From positions 100,628,001-100,692,000 of the forward strand of contig NC_087436.1 in assembly GCF_036321535.1 (NCBI RefSeq): 64,000 bases of DNA. The letters run 5' to 3'. This stretch comes from Camelus dromedarius. Its lineage: Eukaryota. How positions within the stretch are numbered: position 1 is the stretch's first letter; each line of letters begins with the position of its first letter. The notes beneath the pieces are model-generated. The model made no database searches, was not told the origin of the DNA, and saw only the letters and a list, made by a program, of their open reading frames with translations. Both the position numbers and the translations under genes were made by a program. Of this stretch, positions 26,626 through 40,549 are shown piece by piece.

Positions 26626-27324
26626 TCAATCACATTCCATTAAGCTAAGAAGCACCTGAAATCTAACAAGTTTTCAGGAGGCTGAAGAAGGCATGAGACT
26701 TCCACTGCATCATTTTTTAAAGTGTCCAGTTAACAGTGTTTGGGCATTTAACAACCATCTGTTACTCATTAATGTTAATAAATTGGGATTCTCTGCACCT
26801 AGGTGTCTTTTAATGTGTAGGGAAACTGTACTCTTCCGTGGTTCATTCCTAGCCATCAGCCGATACCAATTAAACAAGTGACCATTGCATGCCACACGTT
26901 CCATATGTCCCATATCTGTATCCAGGTGTGCAGAACCCATCCCATCCAGACATTCTTATACATAACTTGGTGTTTCCTTTCTTAAATGTTAGCAGAAATG
27001 GCAATTTCCACGAAATAGAGAGGAATACAATTTTATATAACATTCTGAGTATCACATATAAATTCATGATTCTCAGCATCACTCATCAGGGACAGGCATT
27101 GTACTCAAGATAGCAATCAGAGGGAGGGAAAGGATGCGAGAATCAAAAATACCAGAAAGATGACTAAAGGAAAACTCATTTGCCTTTGAGAAAAAAGGAA
27201 AAACACTGATTCCAAAAGAACCCACCTACGTATTACACACAGGAAATTTTATTTGAGTGATACATGTGTGAAGCTGTTTACACAGAGAGAGTTATTTGGG
27301 AATGCAGGCTCCATTTTATGCCAG

Positions 27325-27455
27325 GTAAGCTAGCACCTACCTCACAGGATTGTTGTAAAATTAAATGAGAATGCAGAGAAAGCACTCACAGTGCCTGGTT
27401 CTTCTTAAGCAGTCAGTAAATGCTAGCTCCTATAATTTTTTATTATGATCATTAT
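27325..27455 (+). mobile_element. MIR 3' half
   Basis: agcacctacctcacaggattgttgtaaaattaaatgaga...cacagtgcctgg...cagtaaatgctagct. Confidence 0.85.
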
Positions 27456-29149
27456 TTTGGAAGCCCAGGATGAACACATTGGAGGTTTATGTGTCAATGA
27501 ATTAATGAAACAAATACAGAAATGTTTATATCCTCAGATTTTTATTGAATACAGTTATCTATGCAATTGAATAGTTATCTGGCCAATTCAGTTCAGAATG
27601 TTCACTCAGGGACTGGGATTATTTGGTTTGGCTGTCGTACACTGAGATAATTAGTTGGATAATTGACAAATGTCTCCATTCTTTTATACCAGCCAGCCAT
27701 CTAGAGTAGATTTGTAATAGTTGAATAATAGCTATTCCTTTCTACGATAGTGAGAACTGAAAAAAAAAATGGTATACACAGGTTCCTAAAAAAAATAGAG
27801 ACCTCAGAATGTTTTTGATTACCCAGAAAGGAAACAGAAATAGTTTAAATATGATCAGGCATTATAACTGTTAATTGTACATAATGATATAATGTGTGTC
27901 CTGGACTGCGTAAGACTCCATTGATTTTGTTCGTCCGTAGAGGTCAGAAATTTCAAACTGTGTATATTCTGAAAATCCGAGGACATGATGAAGAGGGGTC
28001 ATTTATTTTATGATGATTTTTCAGTGTTTCATTGATGAGACTAGCGTGACAGCATGGTGACTTTGATCACATGTGTTTCTCAGTGAAAATTATACAATCG
28101 CCATTAAGGCTTATAAATTAGTCTGTCGTAAAATGAATTTGCTTACATCAGTTCCTCAGGACCTAGTGATTGCTAGTGAATTGGTTTTTGCTCTCCTGTA
28201 GCTGGGAGCAGAGATTCAGATTCAGAGTCAACAATCTAGCTCTTACCCCCCCATCCCCCACCACCCCCTTGGAAACCGGTGAGAGGATAAGCCTCTTACT
28301 GCTGTCTATGTGTGGTCCCCTCCATGAAAGCTGTAGGCTTGCCAATCACAAGGAAGGCAGACTTGAGTGGGAGCATTCCAGGTCAGCAGCATGTTTGGAA
28401 TGCTTTATTTTTGCAGTTCTTATGTAGAGAATAAGTTGGGTGATTGACCAGCTCCCTGCAGAAAAGACAGCTTTTACCCTATGGGGAAAACCAGGGAGGC
28501 AGGAGAGCCTGTAGCCAAGCAAATTGCCTGCAAAGTGGCTCCAGCCATTTGAGGCTGGAGAGTAACATTCCCCGGGAATAGACCAGGGGCTTTCAGCCTG
28601 GAAATCGACTTCGATCTTACAGGAACAGAAACCTAGTTTTTCCTAAGCCTGTGTAGTTTTGAATGCATCTTGTACATTGTTTATTCCTTTTTGTTCTTCC
28701 TGTGTATTTAGTAAAATTCCTTTTGAAAAATGTAAGTTTGCCTCTGATGTGTTATGGGGGGAAAAGGAAAATAACAGTTTTTTTTATAAGCAGACTCATA
28801 TTCTGATATTTTTAAGGGAGAGTCATATACCCAGGGGCCAAGAGAGCATGGTGATAGAAGTACTGCATGTAAATGAACTTCAGTGAGGTGTCACTTAAGG
28901 GGAGAGAGCTAGCTGTTAGTGACTATTATTAGTTCAGCTAACCGTTCCCATCAGTGAAGAATTTAGAGGAGCTGACTTTGGTCTTAGTGAAGGAGACTTG
29001 TGTGATTAGCTAGAGAGTCTGCCTCCCTAGTAGAGCTTAACTACAGCAGTTTGTGTGCTGTGTGTGTGTGTGTGTGATGTATGCATCTGTGCATCCATGT
29101 TTATATCAAAAATTTTCAGAAATTGTAAGTATACCCCAATATACGACAG

Positions 29150-29346
29150 CTTGGGAATTAAAATGCTGGGTTCAAATGCTAGATCTACTTCTCTGGGCTA
29201 CAGTTTCATCAGTAAAATGAGCATAATAACAAAATATAACTAACAAGTTAGGTAAGAATATTAAAAAAATTATTTCTGAAGATCTTAATACAGGGCTTGG
29301 CATAAGTAAGTGAGCAAGAACTATTAGGTATTATTATCATCATTAC
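29150..29346 (+). mobile_element. MIR
   Basis: ctgggttcaaatgctagatctact...ttcatcagtaaaatg...cagggcttggcataagtaagtg. Confidence 0.75.
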
Positions 29347-29749
29347 TTGTGAATCCACTTAGTTACCTAGAAATTTTATTTAATTGTTAAGTTTAAGCAA
29401 TTTTGTTTATTAATATAAACCTGAAAATACTAAGATGTTATATAAATCTATGCCCAAAATGTGAACATCATTTTTATGTAAATATTGGATTATCAGTGTC
29501 AGTAATTGCAGAAAAGGAAATTCAAATTAATCCTAAAACTGACCACAATTTTAAAACCAGGAAAACAAAAATTAAGAGCAGGGTTTGGGGGGAGGGCAGG
29601 GGGACTGAGAGTTTTGAGGTATAAGAGAACTCAGTAAAGAATTGTGGAGCCAAGATGAGAAGAAATATCAAAATTTTGAGCTTCACATTTGAAGCAACTT
29701 AATTTTCCTCCCTAAGGGCCTCTGCCAATCTAGAAGTAGAAGAAGAGAA

Positions 29750-32690
29750 GGTAAGCAGAGTTGTTGCAATTCTTGCAGGTTTAGGAGAATAAGACTTTAA
29801 ACCTAACATCTGCCAAGGAGAGGAAGGGCTGATAAACCGCCCACAGTTTGGAAAAGGTTTATAAAGGTATTACCATAGCAATAAGGGTAAACAAGCAATA
29901 GCCCAACTCTCCTAGAAGAAGCAGCCCATCTTCAGATCCTTCCAGTGGTTGAAAATCAATTGAATTTTCCAGGGGCATCTACCCACCTAGAAGATCAAAT
30001 TGTAAATCCTCTCTGAAGAATATAAAATTATCTGAGCTATCACACTATCCTTACATTTTTCTTCAGATATGATATCCAGCCTCCAATAAAAAAAAAGAAC
30101 CAGGCATGCAATAAGACAAGATCTATTACTGAAAACCCAGACATGAAAGACAACCTTAACAGATTCATAAAAGTGTCAGAAATTGGAGTTATCAGACACT
30201 GATCTTTAAACATGCTTAATATTTTTAAGAACATAAAATGCATGTTTGAACTTTTCAACAGAAAATGGAATATTAAAAGAATGGAAATTGTAGAACTAGT
30301 TACTTAGTGATTAGATTTCAAAACAGATTACACACATCTGAAGAGAGAATTATCAAATTGAAACAAAGGTCAGAAGAGAATACCTACAATGTAGCATGGG
30401 ATGAAAAAAATGTACAGAGAAACAAAAAAGAGAATAACAAATCTAAAGAACAGAATGAGAAGTTCTAGCATATAATTGAAATTTTAGAATGAAAGGAGAG
30501 GAAGTATCAGGCAAAAGAAACATTTAAAGAGAGAGTGAATATTCCAAAATTGACAAAGATATCAAGCTGCTTACTGAGGAAACAATATCAATCAGAATAA
30601 AACAAATACATAAGAAAACAACAACAGAAAAACACAACTAAACATATAATTTAAAACTGTTTTTTTTAAAAACCCAAAGGAAAAAATATTTAAAACAGCC
30701 AGATAAAAAGACATTATTTTCAAAGGAACAAAAATTAAAGGAGCAATGGGCTCTTCAATAGAAACAGTGAAAACTAAGGGTTTTCACTTTCTGAAAAAAA
30801 TAATTGGCAGCATAGAATTCTGTACATAAAATATCCTTCAAAAATGAATATAGAATAAATGCATTTTAAAAGAAATAAAAAAGAAATTAATTTTGTCTCC
30901 AGAGACACTATTAAACAGAAAGACAAAGAAAGACTAAAAGTAAAAGTATAAGAAAAAATGTATCACACTGAAATGAAACAAAATCTGGTGTATATATATA
31001 CTAATATCAAGCAAATTAAAATTTGAGGCAGCCCTTCCAAACCAGAGACCACGAGAACACGGAGTCCCAATCCATCGGACATCTGTTATGTGTGATGAAT
31101 TAACTCCTATGCATCTAGAAAATTTTGTTTTGGTTTAAGCTAGTATAATCTTGATACAAAAAAAACAGACAAAAATTAGAACGATAAATTATGCACATCT
31201 CACCCATGAATATAATTATACTAAAGAAATGATAGCACACTGAACCCAAAAATCTTTAAAAGGATGTCTTTTAAACAAGAGCATGCCGGGCTAGCGGCAC
31301 ACACCCCGGCCCACTGGAGCAGCACTAGTGAGGGGAGATTCGTGGTGAGAGGAGTGACAGCGCCTGGTGTAGCTCACCTGATACAACCACATAGAGACTG
31401 TAGAATTAAGACATGGGAGAACCTAACCCCTGCCCTATCCTCTCACAGGGTGTGCGTGGTTGACGGAAGCACCAAACCCTCCTTTGGCATGGTAAGTCAG
31501 AGCCTTGAATTGCAGCTGCAGGATGTGGCAACATAGTCTCACGATTCTTCAAAACAGCATCCATGATTGAGAAGTACCTGCCTGTAATCAGAAAGTGAGG
31601 ATCTTCACCTTGAGAATGACCTGGATTGGTTGCATTAAGCACTGGGCCACAGCTGGTTTCCATGTAGTTTTGCAGAAAGCCAGTTATTTGGATGAAAATT
31701 CTTTACCTGTTAACAATAATATTAGTAATAATGTCTGATTGATTTAGTAACAATGTAGGAGAAAGGGTAATATCCTCATTCTGATAATGGGTGGCTACAA
31801 ACAAAAGAAAAAATACTATTGCCAGTATCTTGATGGTTAGATGTTGAAAATTCTCTTTCTGAGAGTTCCAGCAAAACTTCTATAGGAGACTCTAGTCAGT
31901 ACAATCAGACAAGGAAAAGAAACAAACATTATAAGATTGGGAAAGGAGGAAATAATAATCTCATTATTAGCAGGTGAAATATTTGTTTATGTAGAAAATT
32001 CAAATGGAACTACTGATACTATAGAATTAAAAACTGAGTTTAGCAAGCTTTGGTTAGTTACAATATCAATATGAAATATTAAAATGTTTCCATATACCAG
32101 CCAACAATTGTTAAAAAATAAGTAAAAATATAATATTTCTAAAAGCATAAGACTAATATTTAGAAATACAGGTAACAAAAATATATAAAACTGTAAAAAT
32201 TTACAATAAAATTTTACCGAGAGAGATTAAAGACCCACATAAAAGAAGAAAAGACAGTTGTTCAAGGATTGGAAGAGTGGATATTGAAAAGATGTCAGTT
32301 TTCCCTCAAATTTAGGTTTAGTCAGCCCCAAGCAAAGTCATTATACAACCATATTTAGAAACTGATAAGCTGGTATACTACATGGAATTACAAATGGCCA
32401 AGAATATCAAGGCACTTGAAAAAGAGGAAAAGGAACTTGTTAAAAAGTCAGGCAGTGACATTGGCGCAAGGATAGACAAACAGACCAAATTAAGCAGAAA
32501 AGAGATGAAAATAGTCCACGTATAAACTGCAGAGCATAGTCTTTCTTTTCAAGATATGGTGCACAGTGAAATCAATATCTATGTTATAAAATGAAATATG
32601 GGGTTTTTAAGTGATAATTCATAGAGTTGGAACTCATATTTTGTGTAATTTTATTCATGTGTCTATACTTCAACTAAAATTAATTGATAA
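29750..32690 (+). mobile_element. Old, internally deleted L1 (L1ME-like): 5' region, ORF1, ORF2 endonuclease/RT relics, 3' end
   Basis: ORF1-type agattacacacatctgaagagagaattatcaaattgaaa and agaattctgtacataaaatatccttcaaaaatgaa; EN aagactaaaagtaaaag; RT start gctagtataatcttgatac; FADD-equivalent region tcattattagcaggtgaaatatttgtttatgtagaaaattc. Confidence 0.8.
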
Positions 32691-33850
32691 AAACAAAAGT
32701 GATTCTGAGTTCTTTGGGGGGAACTAGACCTGAGCTATAAAATTATGTCTTAAGCCTGATTATTCAGCCTTAGCAAGAGTAGTTTAGGCCTGTACAATTA
32801 ATCATTACAGACACAAATCACAATAGTCAGAAAAAAAATGTTTTAAGATAAAACCTCCCAAAACGACATGCTATTAACAGCTAAGAACCTTTCACAAACA
32901 AAAGCTCTTCAAGGAATCATTGTGCTTTTTTTTTTAAAAAAAAGTCATGATATAAGAGAAGAAATAAATGGATAGATGAAATTTGCTAACAATCTGTTAA
33001 TTCAAAAAAAAACTTTTTAAGCTAAAACATAGAAAGAGAAAATGAAATGGGAAATGGGAAACAGTTAAAAGAAGGTGTTAGGCCCAGCATGAGTTACTTC
33101 AATAGAACCCAACTGAAAAGTAGTGAAATAGAAGTGGTTTTCTTCAATACAGTTCAATTTAATTCAATTGAATAGACTTATTTTGAGTGACTACATACAA
33201 GGCCCTATACTAGGTCCTCAATGGAGAGTTACAACACATTCCTTTTAGAATCTTTGTCCCATTTTTCTTTAGGCCAATGTTCTCATTTTCCACAAGCCAT
33301 AGGCAAAGTTTTATTTTTATGGTTGCATTAATTACATATATAGAAGAGATAACTTGGCAAGTCACAAAATTTAGAGACATTGAAGGGACTATATTTGGCA
33401 ATAGTACAAATGCCCATGTAATATTTCATCTCTTAATAGCTTTCAAACTGTTTATTTGTATCCTTCTTTAATCTATGTGTGTGTTGTATCTTACAAAAAC
33501 ACCAGCCAGCACAAAAGTCTTCTCACATTCATCCCATTTACTTGTTAATTCATCTCTTATATTGCATAGGTATTTTTTTCTTTTCCTTTGTTTCCCTTTG
33601 ATTTTGGTTTTATTTTTCTTAAAAATGTCAGGCCAAAAATAGAGGTGTTTTTCATATTTTAGGAAAAGTTGGATATACATCAGCAATCATTATCCATAAC
33701 AATAAGTACATAAACAGTACCATAAGTTATGGATACACTTTGGGGCATCATCAGAACAGGAATGAATTACATAAACCAATCACATTCCAGTTTTAAAACT
33801 GATTACATTATGGAAACATAATAAACTAGTAAATGTCATGTAACAAGTCT

Positions 33851-34387
33851 CTCAGTCAATGAATGGATAAAGAAGATATGGTGTGTGTGTATAATAGAAT
33901 ATTATTCAATGATGAGAAGGAAATCCTGCCTTTTATGACATCACGGATGGAATTTGAGGGCATTATACTAAGTGAAATAAGCCAGATAGAGAAAGACAAA
34001 TACTATATGGTATATCTTCTATATGGAATCTTAAAAAAAAGTCAAACTCATAGAAATAGTACAAAAGAGGTTGCTAGAGGCTGGGGAGTAGGTTGATAAA
34101 AAGGGTACAAAATTTCAGCTATAAAATGAATAAGGTCTGAGGATCTAATGTATAAGATGGTAACTATCATTCATAACACTGTATTATATAACTGAAATTT
34201 GCTAATAGAACTTAAATGTTCTTACAAAAAAAGATAAATAGGTGAAGTGATGAAAGTGTCAATTCAGCAGAGGTAGGAGAGTACAATCCTTTTACAATGT
34301 ATACGGCATGTCAAATCATCATGATGTAAATATCTTATAATTTTATGTTAATTATACCTCAACAGAGCTGAATTTCTCTTTTAAAAA
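33851..34387 (+). mobile_element. L1MA9-like 3' end
   Basis: atgaatggataaagaagatatgg...gaaataagccagatagagaaagacaaatact...aataaggtctgaggatctaatgta...ttatacctcaacagagctg. Confidence 0.9.
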
Positions 34388-35202
34388 GTACAAGTTGATT
34401 TAATTATTTACAGATTTGAATAACTGCTGCTGTTTTCAAAAAAGGCAATTATTATGGACAAGTGGCTCATTTGGCCCTTGCTGATTTCTGCAAATTTTAG
34501 TGCTTCTTTTGCAAGTTTTTGCTTAAGGAGAATTTCCTTTTTAGTGCTGATATATGTACCCATATCAGTAAGAGGGGAGAAACTTATTTTTCATAGTTTA
34601 TTCAAATGCTGATCAATATGTAAGCACTCATTTATCAATACAGAAAGCTTATATAAGGTCCACACTGCTAACGTGGAATATGACCACCACTGGATTTCCC
34701 AGTGTTTTCTATTTCCAGACCAGAGTATTCCCTGGTGAGCTATGTGAGAATCATGTTATTCTGTTTTATTAAAAATTGCTTCTGGGTTCAGTTAAAAATA
34801 CCAGGAAAAACATGTACTTTTTCTTGAGACTCCAATTCAGATAGAACTGTGCCTTGAGAAAACTTACACGGATTCTGAGACGTGGTTCTAAACTTGTCCT
34901 CAACGACTAAGATAAGTTCAAATCATCTTTTTATTTCCCGTTTCTCTTACTCTTTTTTTTCTCCCTTCCACTGAACACTCAGGTCACTTGCTCTTCACCT
35001 GTGTTCCTTATAACTTTCTATCTTATTATCTTGTAATTATTTCAATTTCTGCTTCTGCTCCACCCACTCATTCCAAACTCTAGATCCATTGTCTATAGAT
35101 GCAAGTTTATCGTTAGCTTAAGTCTATAGCTGGGTGAGCACTGGTTGTATTTTATAAAAATTCATAAACACAGCCATATTTTCAAATGCTCAAGAACCAC
35201 AT

Positions 35203-35242
35203 ATTCTAATTGATGTTCTCCAGAGAAACAGAACCAAGAAGG

Positions 35243-35278
<36 letters not shown>

Positions 35279-35464
35279 ATTCTCATTAAGGCCTTCAATA
35301 AGACCTACCCACATTATGGACAGTAATCTGCTTTACTCATAGTCTACTTATTTTGAAGTTCATCTCGTTCAAAAACACCTTCATAGAAACATCCAGAATG
35401 ATGTTTAACCAAATATCTGGGCACCGTGGCCCAGCCAAGTTAACATATAAAATGGACCATCACA
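35203..35464 (-). mobile_element. MLT2 (ERVL) LTR, internally deleted, containing (GT)16
   Basis: gttctccagagaaacagaacc start; agaaacatccagaatgatgtttaaccaaatatctgggcaccgtggcccagccaagttaacatataaaatggaccatcaca end. Confidence 0.9.
35245..35276. repeat. (GT)16 microsatellite
   Basis: direct reading. Confidence 0.95.
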
Positions 35465-35647
35465 GGGACATTTCGTCTATAAACAAAGTAGTGTCCTGGG
35501 TAAGGGTCCCCTTTCCATAACAGCTGTTACTGACCATGAAGATAAATTTGTCAGACTGCCTTTATATGTAACAGATCCTTAGCTCAAGAACAGAAACAAA
35601 TTTTATTTTGTTTGAATTCTTGCATTAGAACATTAAGCCTGAGAAAA

Positions 35648-35713
35648 GTGTGCGCATGTGTGTGTGTGTGTGTGCATATATACACACACATATATATACA
35701 CACACGTATATAT
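35648..35713. repeat. Mixed TG/CA/TA alternating purine-pyrimidine tract
   Basis: 66 bp of uninterrupted RY alternation. Confidence 0.9.
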
Positions 35714-37299
35714 TACAGATGCATAAATGACAGAATATTGATTACAAATGACAACAGCTGGGTGACACTGCTCAACACCACATCCCTCTTTTTATTCTTC
35801 TCAGTCAGTTAAGTTGGAATCACTTAGGAAACCACCTCGGGTCCTTAATACTTATTGGTTCTGAAGGGACCAGGGGTGCTGCTATTGGAGTGTCTTGTAT
35901 CCTGTTGGAACAGACTGTAATCCTTGGTGCACATTAACTGTGACATCTGACTTCTGGTGCAAGACAGGGATATGGGTGCCTATTCATTAACAGCCTGAAA
36001 ATACCTGAAGTTCCTCTGACAGTCAGATCTGGAGATTTCATGAGTGACAGGATTTTTGCACACACATTTTGCTACCATGGCCAAGAAAAAGAGAGAGAGA
36101 CTTTTTTTTAAAGGAAAAAACATTGACACGTCTCCTTGTCAGAGTCAAACACGGACGGTGGTTCCAAAATACTAATTATAGCTGAATAGTTAGCTGGATT
36201 TTGCTGAAGGCACTGGTCTGACTCATCCACCCACCATCGATGCCATGCTGCTGGAGTGACTGTCAGCCTCTTAACTGGCTCAACTCTGCGTTCCCCGGGA
36301 AGGCATACAGGGGCTTCCAGCTGGTGAGAGAGCACACTGATGATTTTTGTAAGATAATGTCACTGGTAAAATAGCCCTTTTGTTTGTGTTGAGCACCTTG
36401 GCAGGCTCTTTGACAGAACAAAAGTGGACTCTTGCTGTGTTCAGTCCATCATATTATGAACTGTACAGTCCACGTTGCTTCAGGGAATGCTTTGCTTAAT
36501 GATTCTCTTGATTCCAGTGGCTGGCCCAATTACACATCCTGACTTTCTGCTCTCAGGTAGATATTATTTCAGATTTCTGAATTACTGCCTGCTTGGAGAA
36601 TGCTCCAGGAAGGATTTTGTTTTCTTTTTCCCTGAAAAAGAAGTCTTACAAATTCCTTAACATGCTTACAAATCAGTTCTCTAAACACTGGGCTCCACGT
36701 ACTCCAATGGTAGGATTTAACGGTTTACACTTTATCAGTTATGTAGAATGGTTTTGTTTTGGTTTCATATATTTAATTGATCAAATTGTATTTTTAATAT
36801 TCAGCAGGGTCCATTTGCTATCTATGCTGCTTTTGGATTCCTCAATAACGAGCCTAAATTTATCGTTCTCTAGTTTAAACCTGGTCCCTGTCTCTGTAGT
36901 GAAAACAAGGAGACATAATTTAGCACTCTCAAAACAAATACTGCTTCAAAGAGTTGAATATCATTGTTAAGTCATTCCCTGAAGGTTAACATTTGTAGGC
37001 TAGAAACTTCCTCAAGCTTTTTTTTTTTTTTAATAAGGCCAATTTGTTTAAATTATTGGATTTCAAAACATGTTAAATGCACCTAAGGTGTTCAAATAAG
37101 ATTTTCTGCACTGCTTCAACCAATACTTTACACCTGTGCATATATATAAGGCTATGCCATAAAAGTCTCATCTTATTTAAACAAAGAATTTACAGGGAAA
37201 AAAATAAAGAAGAAAACTTTGTCCAACAATAACTTGTCTGAATTCCAATGCTGCTTAGTCGTTCTTTCATCTGTTCATTCAGAGCAGGGTCAGAACATA

Positions 37300-37585
37300 A
37301 TAAAAGAAATGTTTAGAGAGGAGTTTGAAGCTATAGGGGATTTTGCAGGTGACAGACAATAAAAACATGAAGACATGTGGGAAATTTTGTAAATCAGGGA
37401 GTGTTGTGGGAGTAAGAAAGTTACTGTCCAGGTCATGAGAGATAATCTCAGATCTTGGGCTTGTGGTGTTACTGAAATACATTGGGATAAATGGTATGAT
37501 TGGGTTAATCCTGGTGGATTCAAAATCAGATTATAGTGAGAGGCTGTGAGTCTGAGGGAGTTGGTCTCTTAGTCTGGGCAGAAAT
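37300..37585 (-). mobile_element. L2 internal fragment
   Basis: ggattttgcaggtg...aagaaagttactgtccaggtcatgagagataat...aaatggtatgattggg. Confidence 0.6.
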
Positions 37586-39849
37586 ATGAAAATCCCACGA
37601 TCCCCTGCTCCTCTCCTGTTGATGATGCTTCTAATTCACACGCCACAGAACTTCGCCACCCCCCACTTCCTGACTTCTGTGTAGGAGGCTTGGAGGACGA
37701 TGGAGGACTGGACTCACATAGACCAGAGGAATCTCAGAGTTGCCCTTTTCACTCTCAGAGCTCGTGGGGTTCTGGAACTACCACCTGCCTCCCAGAGCCA
37801 TCTTTTTTGCTAAGGAAACTTGGAAGCAAGGAAAAAATTGATCTTATCTAGAAAATGGAAGAATGTGGGGCTAAACACCCATACCCTACCAATGCCCTTG
37901 CAGCATACACAAAGACACACACATTCTTCCATTAAGTATATACTCAAATAATTTCTATCTGTATTTATTTCTTCCCTACTTAATCCATCAGTGTGAATAG
38001 AAATATCTTCTCTTAAAGGCTTATCTTTAATTCAAATATATTTCATTTTGCATCTATCACATAATGTTTATAATTAATATCTTCATTTAAAAAATATATA
38101 TCCACATATACCCATATGCCAGAATAAAATGGCCTTCTTTCACCCTGATGATTTTCAGTTCTTAGTTCTACCCTAAGATATGTACTTAACATCTGCAAAA
38201 CATTTTTTTAAGGAACTCAAATCTACTTTGACTTCATTTGTCAAAATTTCTTACATATTAGTAAATATCTGCCTTTCAGAGTAATCAATAATACAGTGCT
38301 AAGGCTCTTCCCGGATGGCTGTGGGGTCAAATACATCCCTAATAATGGCCCCGGGACAAGTGGTGGGCCCTCCATTCATAAGAGCCTTGGTACCGTCCCC
38401 TCCTTACTCGCAACCACCAATAAATCCTACTTTCCTGTCCAAAATAATATGTATACAGTGTTATAAAGATCATTAAAACTGCAAAACAAAGTGAGGAAAC
38501 AATACTTAAATATGAGACTAATTTAGGAAAGCCCAGAAGAAAAATTTGAAATAGGATAAAAAAGATTTCATGGTACTCCATGAGATGTATATTGTCCATG
38601 TTACTCCTGTAATCATTACTGTTTGGTTTTATCCTGTTGCTAGGCATCAAAACCATATCATGCTCTACATAAACTATACTTAGATGTGCTGTATATGCAG
38701 TAGACTTAGAGCCCCAGTTAGCCTGATATTTGAGCAGGTAAAACTAACATTAGCTGAGCCAGTGTGTGAACAGTTGCCAATAAAAGCACACAATTAATTC
38801 ATCTCTGACTATTATCATGGGTTTTGTCTCTTTTGTTGTTCAGCTAAGTTCTTGTATCAGATGTTTCAAATGGACTCGTGGCTAGGTCAGATAAGCAACT
38901 TGGTATGTGAATCATTGTATAAGTCATCTTTGATTATTTTCCCAAATTTCTCCAACAAATTAGCCCAGATAAATAAAAGTTATCTGGACAAGATCCAAAA
39001 ATGAGAATATCAAAAGACAGAAACTCAAATCTTCCTTTCATTCTTATTTAATAAGAAAATAATATATAATTATCTTCAGCTCAGTGATGATCAAATATAT
39101 ATATGGATACATATATATGTATATATTTATATGTAAATTTAACTAAATGTAAGACAATCCAAAACCCACCATGTGGTATCTTATTAATGGAGCCATGTTT
39201 CAGCAGTAGGTCCTAAATTAGGCATGGATCCGTATTTCTGAGAGACTCTAAAGTCATTTTGCTGAATTCACTACTTTCACAGATAAGGTTTTCATAAATG
39301 AAAACCACGCAATTAAATCTTTTTGCAAGGTCATATATCAAGAACTAAAAGAACTATGGAGAAGTAAATTTTTTTTTTCTGTAATTATGCTTATGTGAGG
39401 TGATGGGTATTAAATCAACTGATGTCTGAATCACTTTAAATTCTCCTCAGCGGTATAGCATCTGACAGCCACTCCTTGAAACCCAAATATCTGGCTTTCA
39501 ATCATAGAGAGAGCAACTGTATATCAGAATTTGCAGATAACTGTCCATTTGTGTAAGATTCAATCCGATGTGGTCCTTTAAAGGGAGAGCTGCGTGATTC
39601 AGTATCTCTTCCCCATAACCTTCTTCTTTAGTGTCCCTTTAAGAGGTGCACTGCCTCAGTTTTCCTTCCCACATCCATCCTCCAGTCTTGGCTACCCACA
39701 GTCCAGCTTCTTTGACTATGTACCCTTCTCACATTCCTCTACTGTTTTCTTCATTTGAAACTACTCTTCCTCCTCAATTGTTTTCTTTCTCACTAAATAT
39801 CTAGAAACCCCCTCAGCATTGTCTGTGCCTTGAATTATGATAGAGTTAA

Positions 39850-40090
39850 GGTTCTCATGAAATTTCTGGAACCCTGTAATAGAGTCCTAAATTGTCATCC
39901 CTAACTTCAGCCTTACCTACAGGCAGCACTCTAATTACAGACGTATTTTTCAAAACTCAAGTCAAACTAGTTCAGTTCTCCAGACAACTTTTAATGATTT
40001 CCATTTTCTACAGTCCATTTCTCAAATGTTATCATGACACTCAAAGCCTCCCACCAACAGTCTTACCTCTATCTCTTTGGCTTTATCCCC
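39850..40090 (+). mobile_element. L2 internal fragment
   Basis: ctgtaatagagtcctaaattgtcatccct...atttttcaaaactcaagtc...tttaatgatttccatt. Confidence 0.55.
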
Positions 40091-40549
40091 AGGTCATTTC
40101 CTCCTGGCAATTTGTTATTTATTATGGATTGCATAAACCTGTGAGACTGGTTCAATCCAAAACAATTATTCAGAGTATTGGCCCCTTGAGAAAATAGATC
40201 AAGTGTTCTAAAAAAGTGATTTACAAATCACTTTTACTAAACATTATTTGTAGGAGTATTTTTCAAACTGTATGTCCATTGCATAATTGTATGTTTAAAT
40301 AATTCTAAGACATTTTACAGCCTCCATGTACATAATCAGAATTTTCCTTGATCAAAAAACCTATTTTGAAAAAAAAAAACCTATTTTGAAAATTTCTTAA
40401 TATTATGTGTTAATATGGCAAGAATTATGAGAATTAAAATTGCATCCTATGGAAATTTGTATATGAGCAGCAGTCGTGAAATTAAAAAAAAAATTCTCTT
40501 TATCATGTTTGGTGTATCTATAAAGTTTTTCGAAGTAGAAATAGAAACA

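Noticed and set aside
26890..27010. Possible hAT-Blackjack (MER81/MER94-like) relic
   Set aside because: Only ccatatgtccc is suggestive; TIRs cannot be supported
33863..34096. 77-aa ORF MDKEDMVCVYNRILF...
   Set aside because: Translation of L1 ORF2-end/3' UTR sequence, a common spurious prediction
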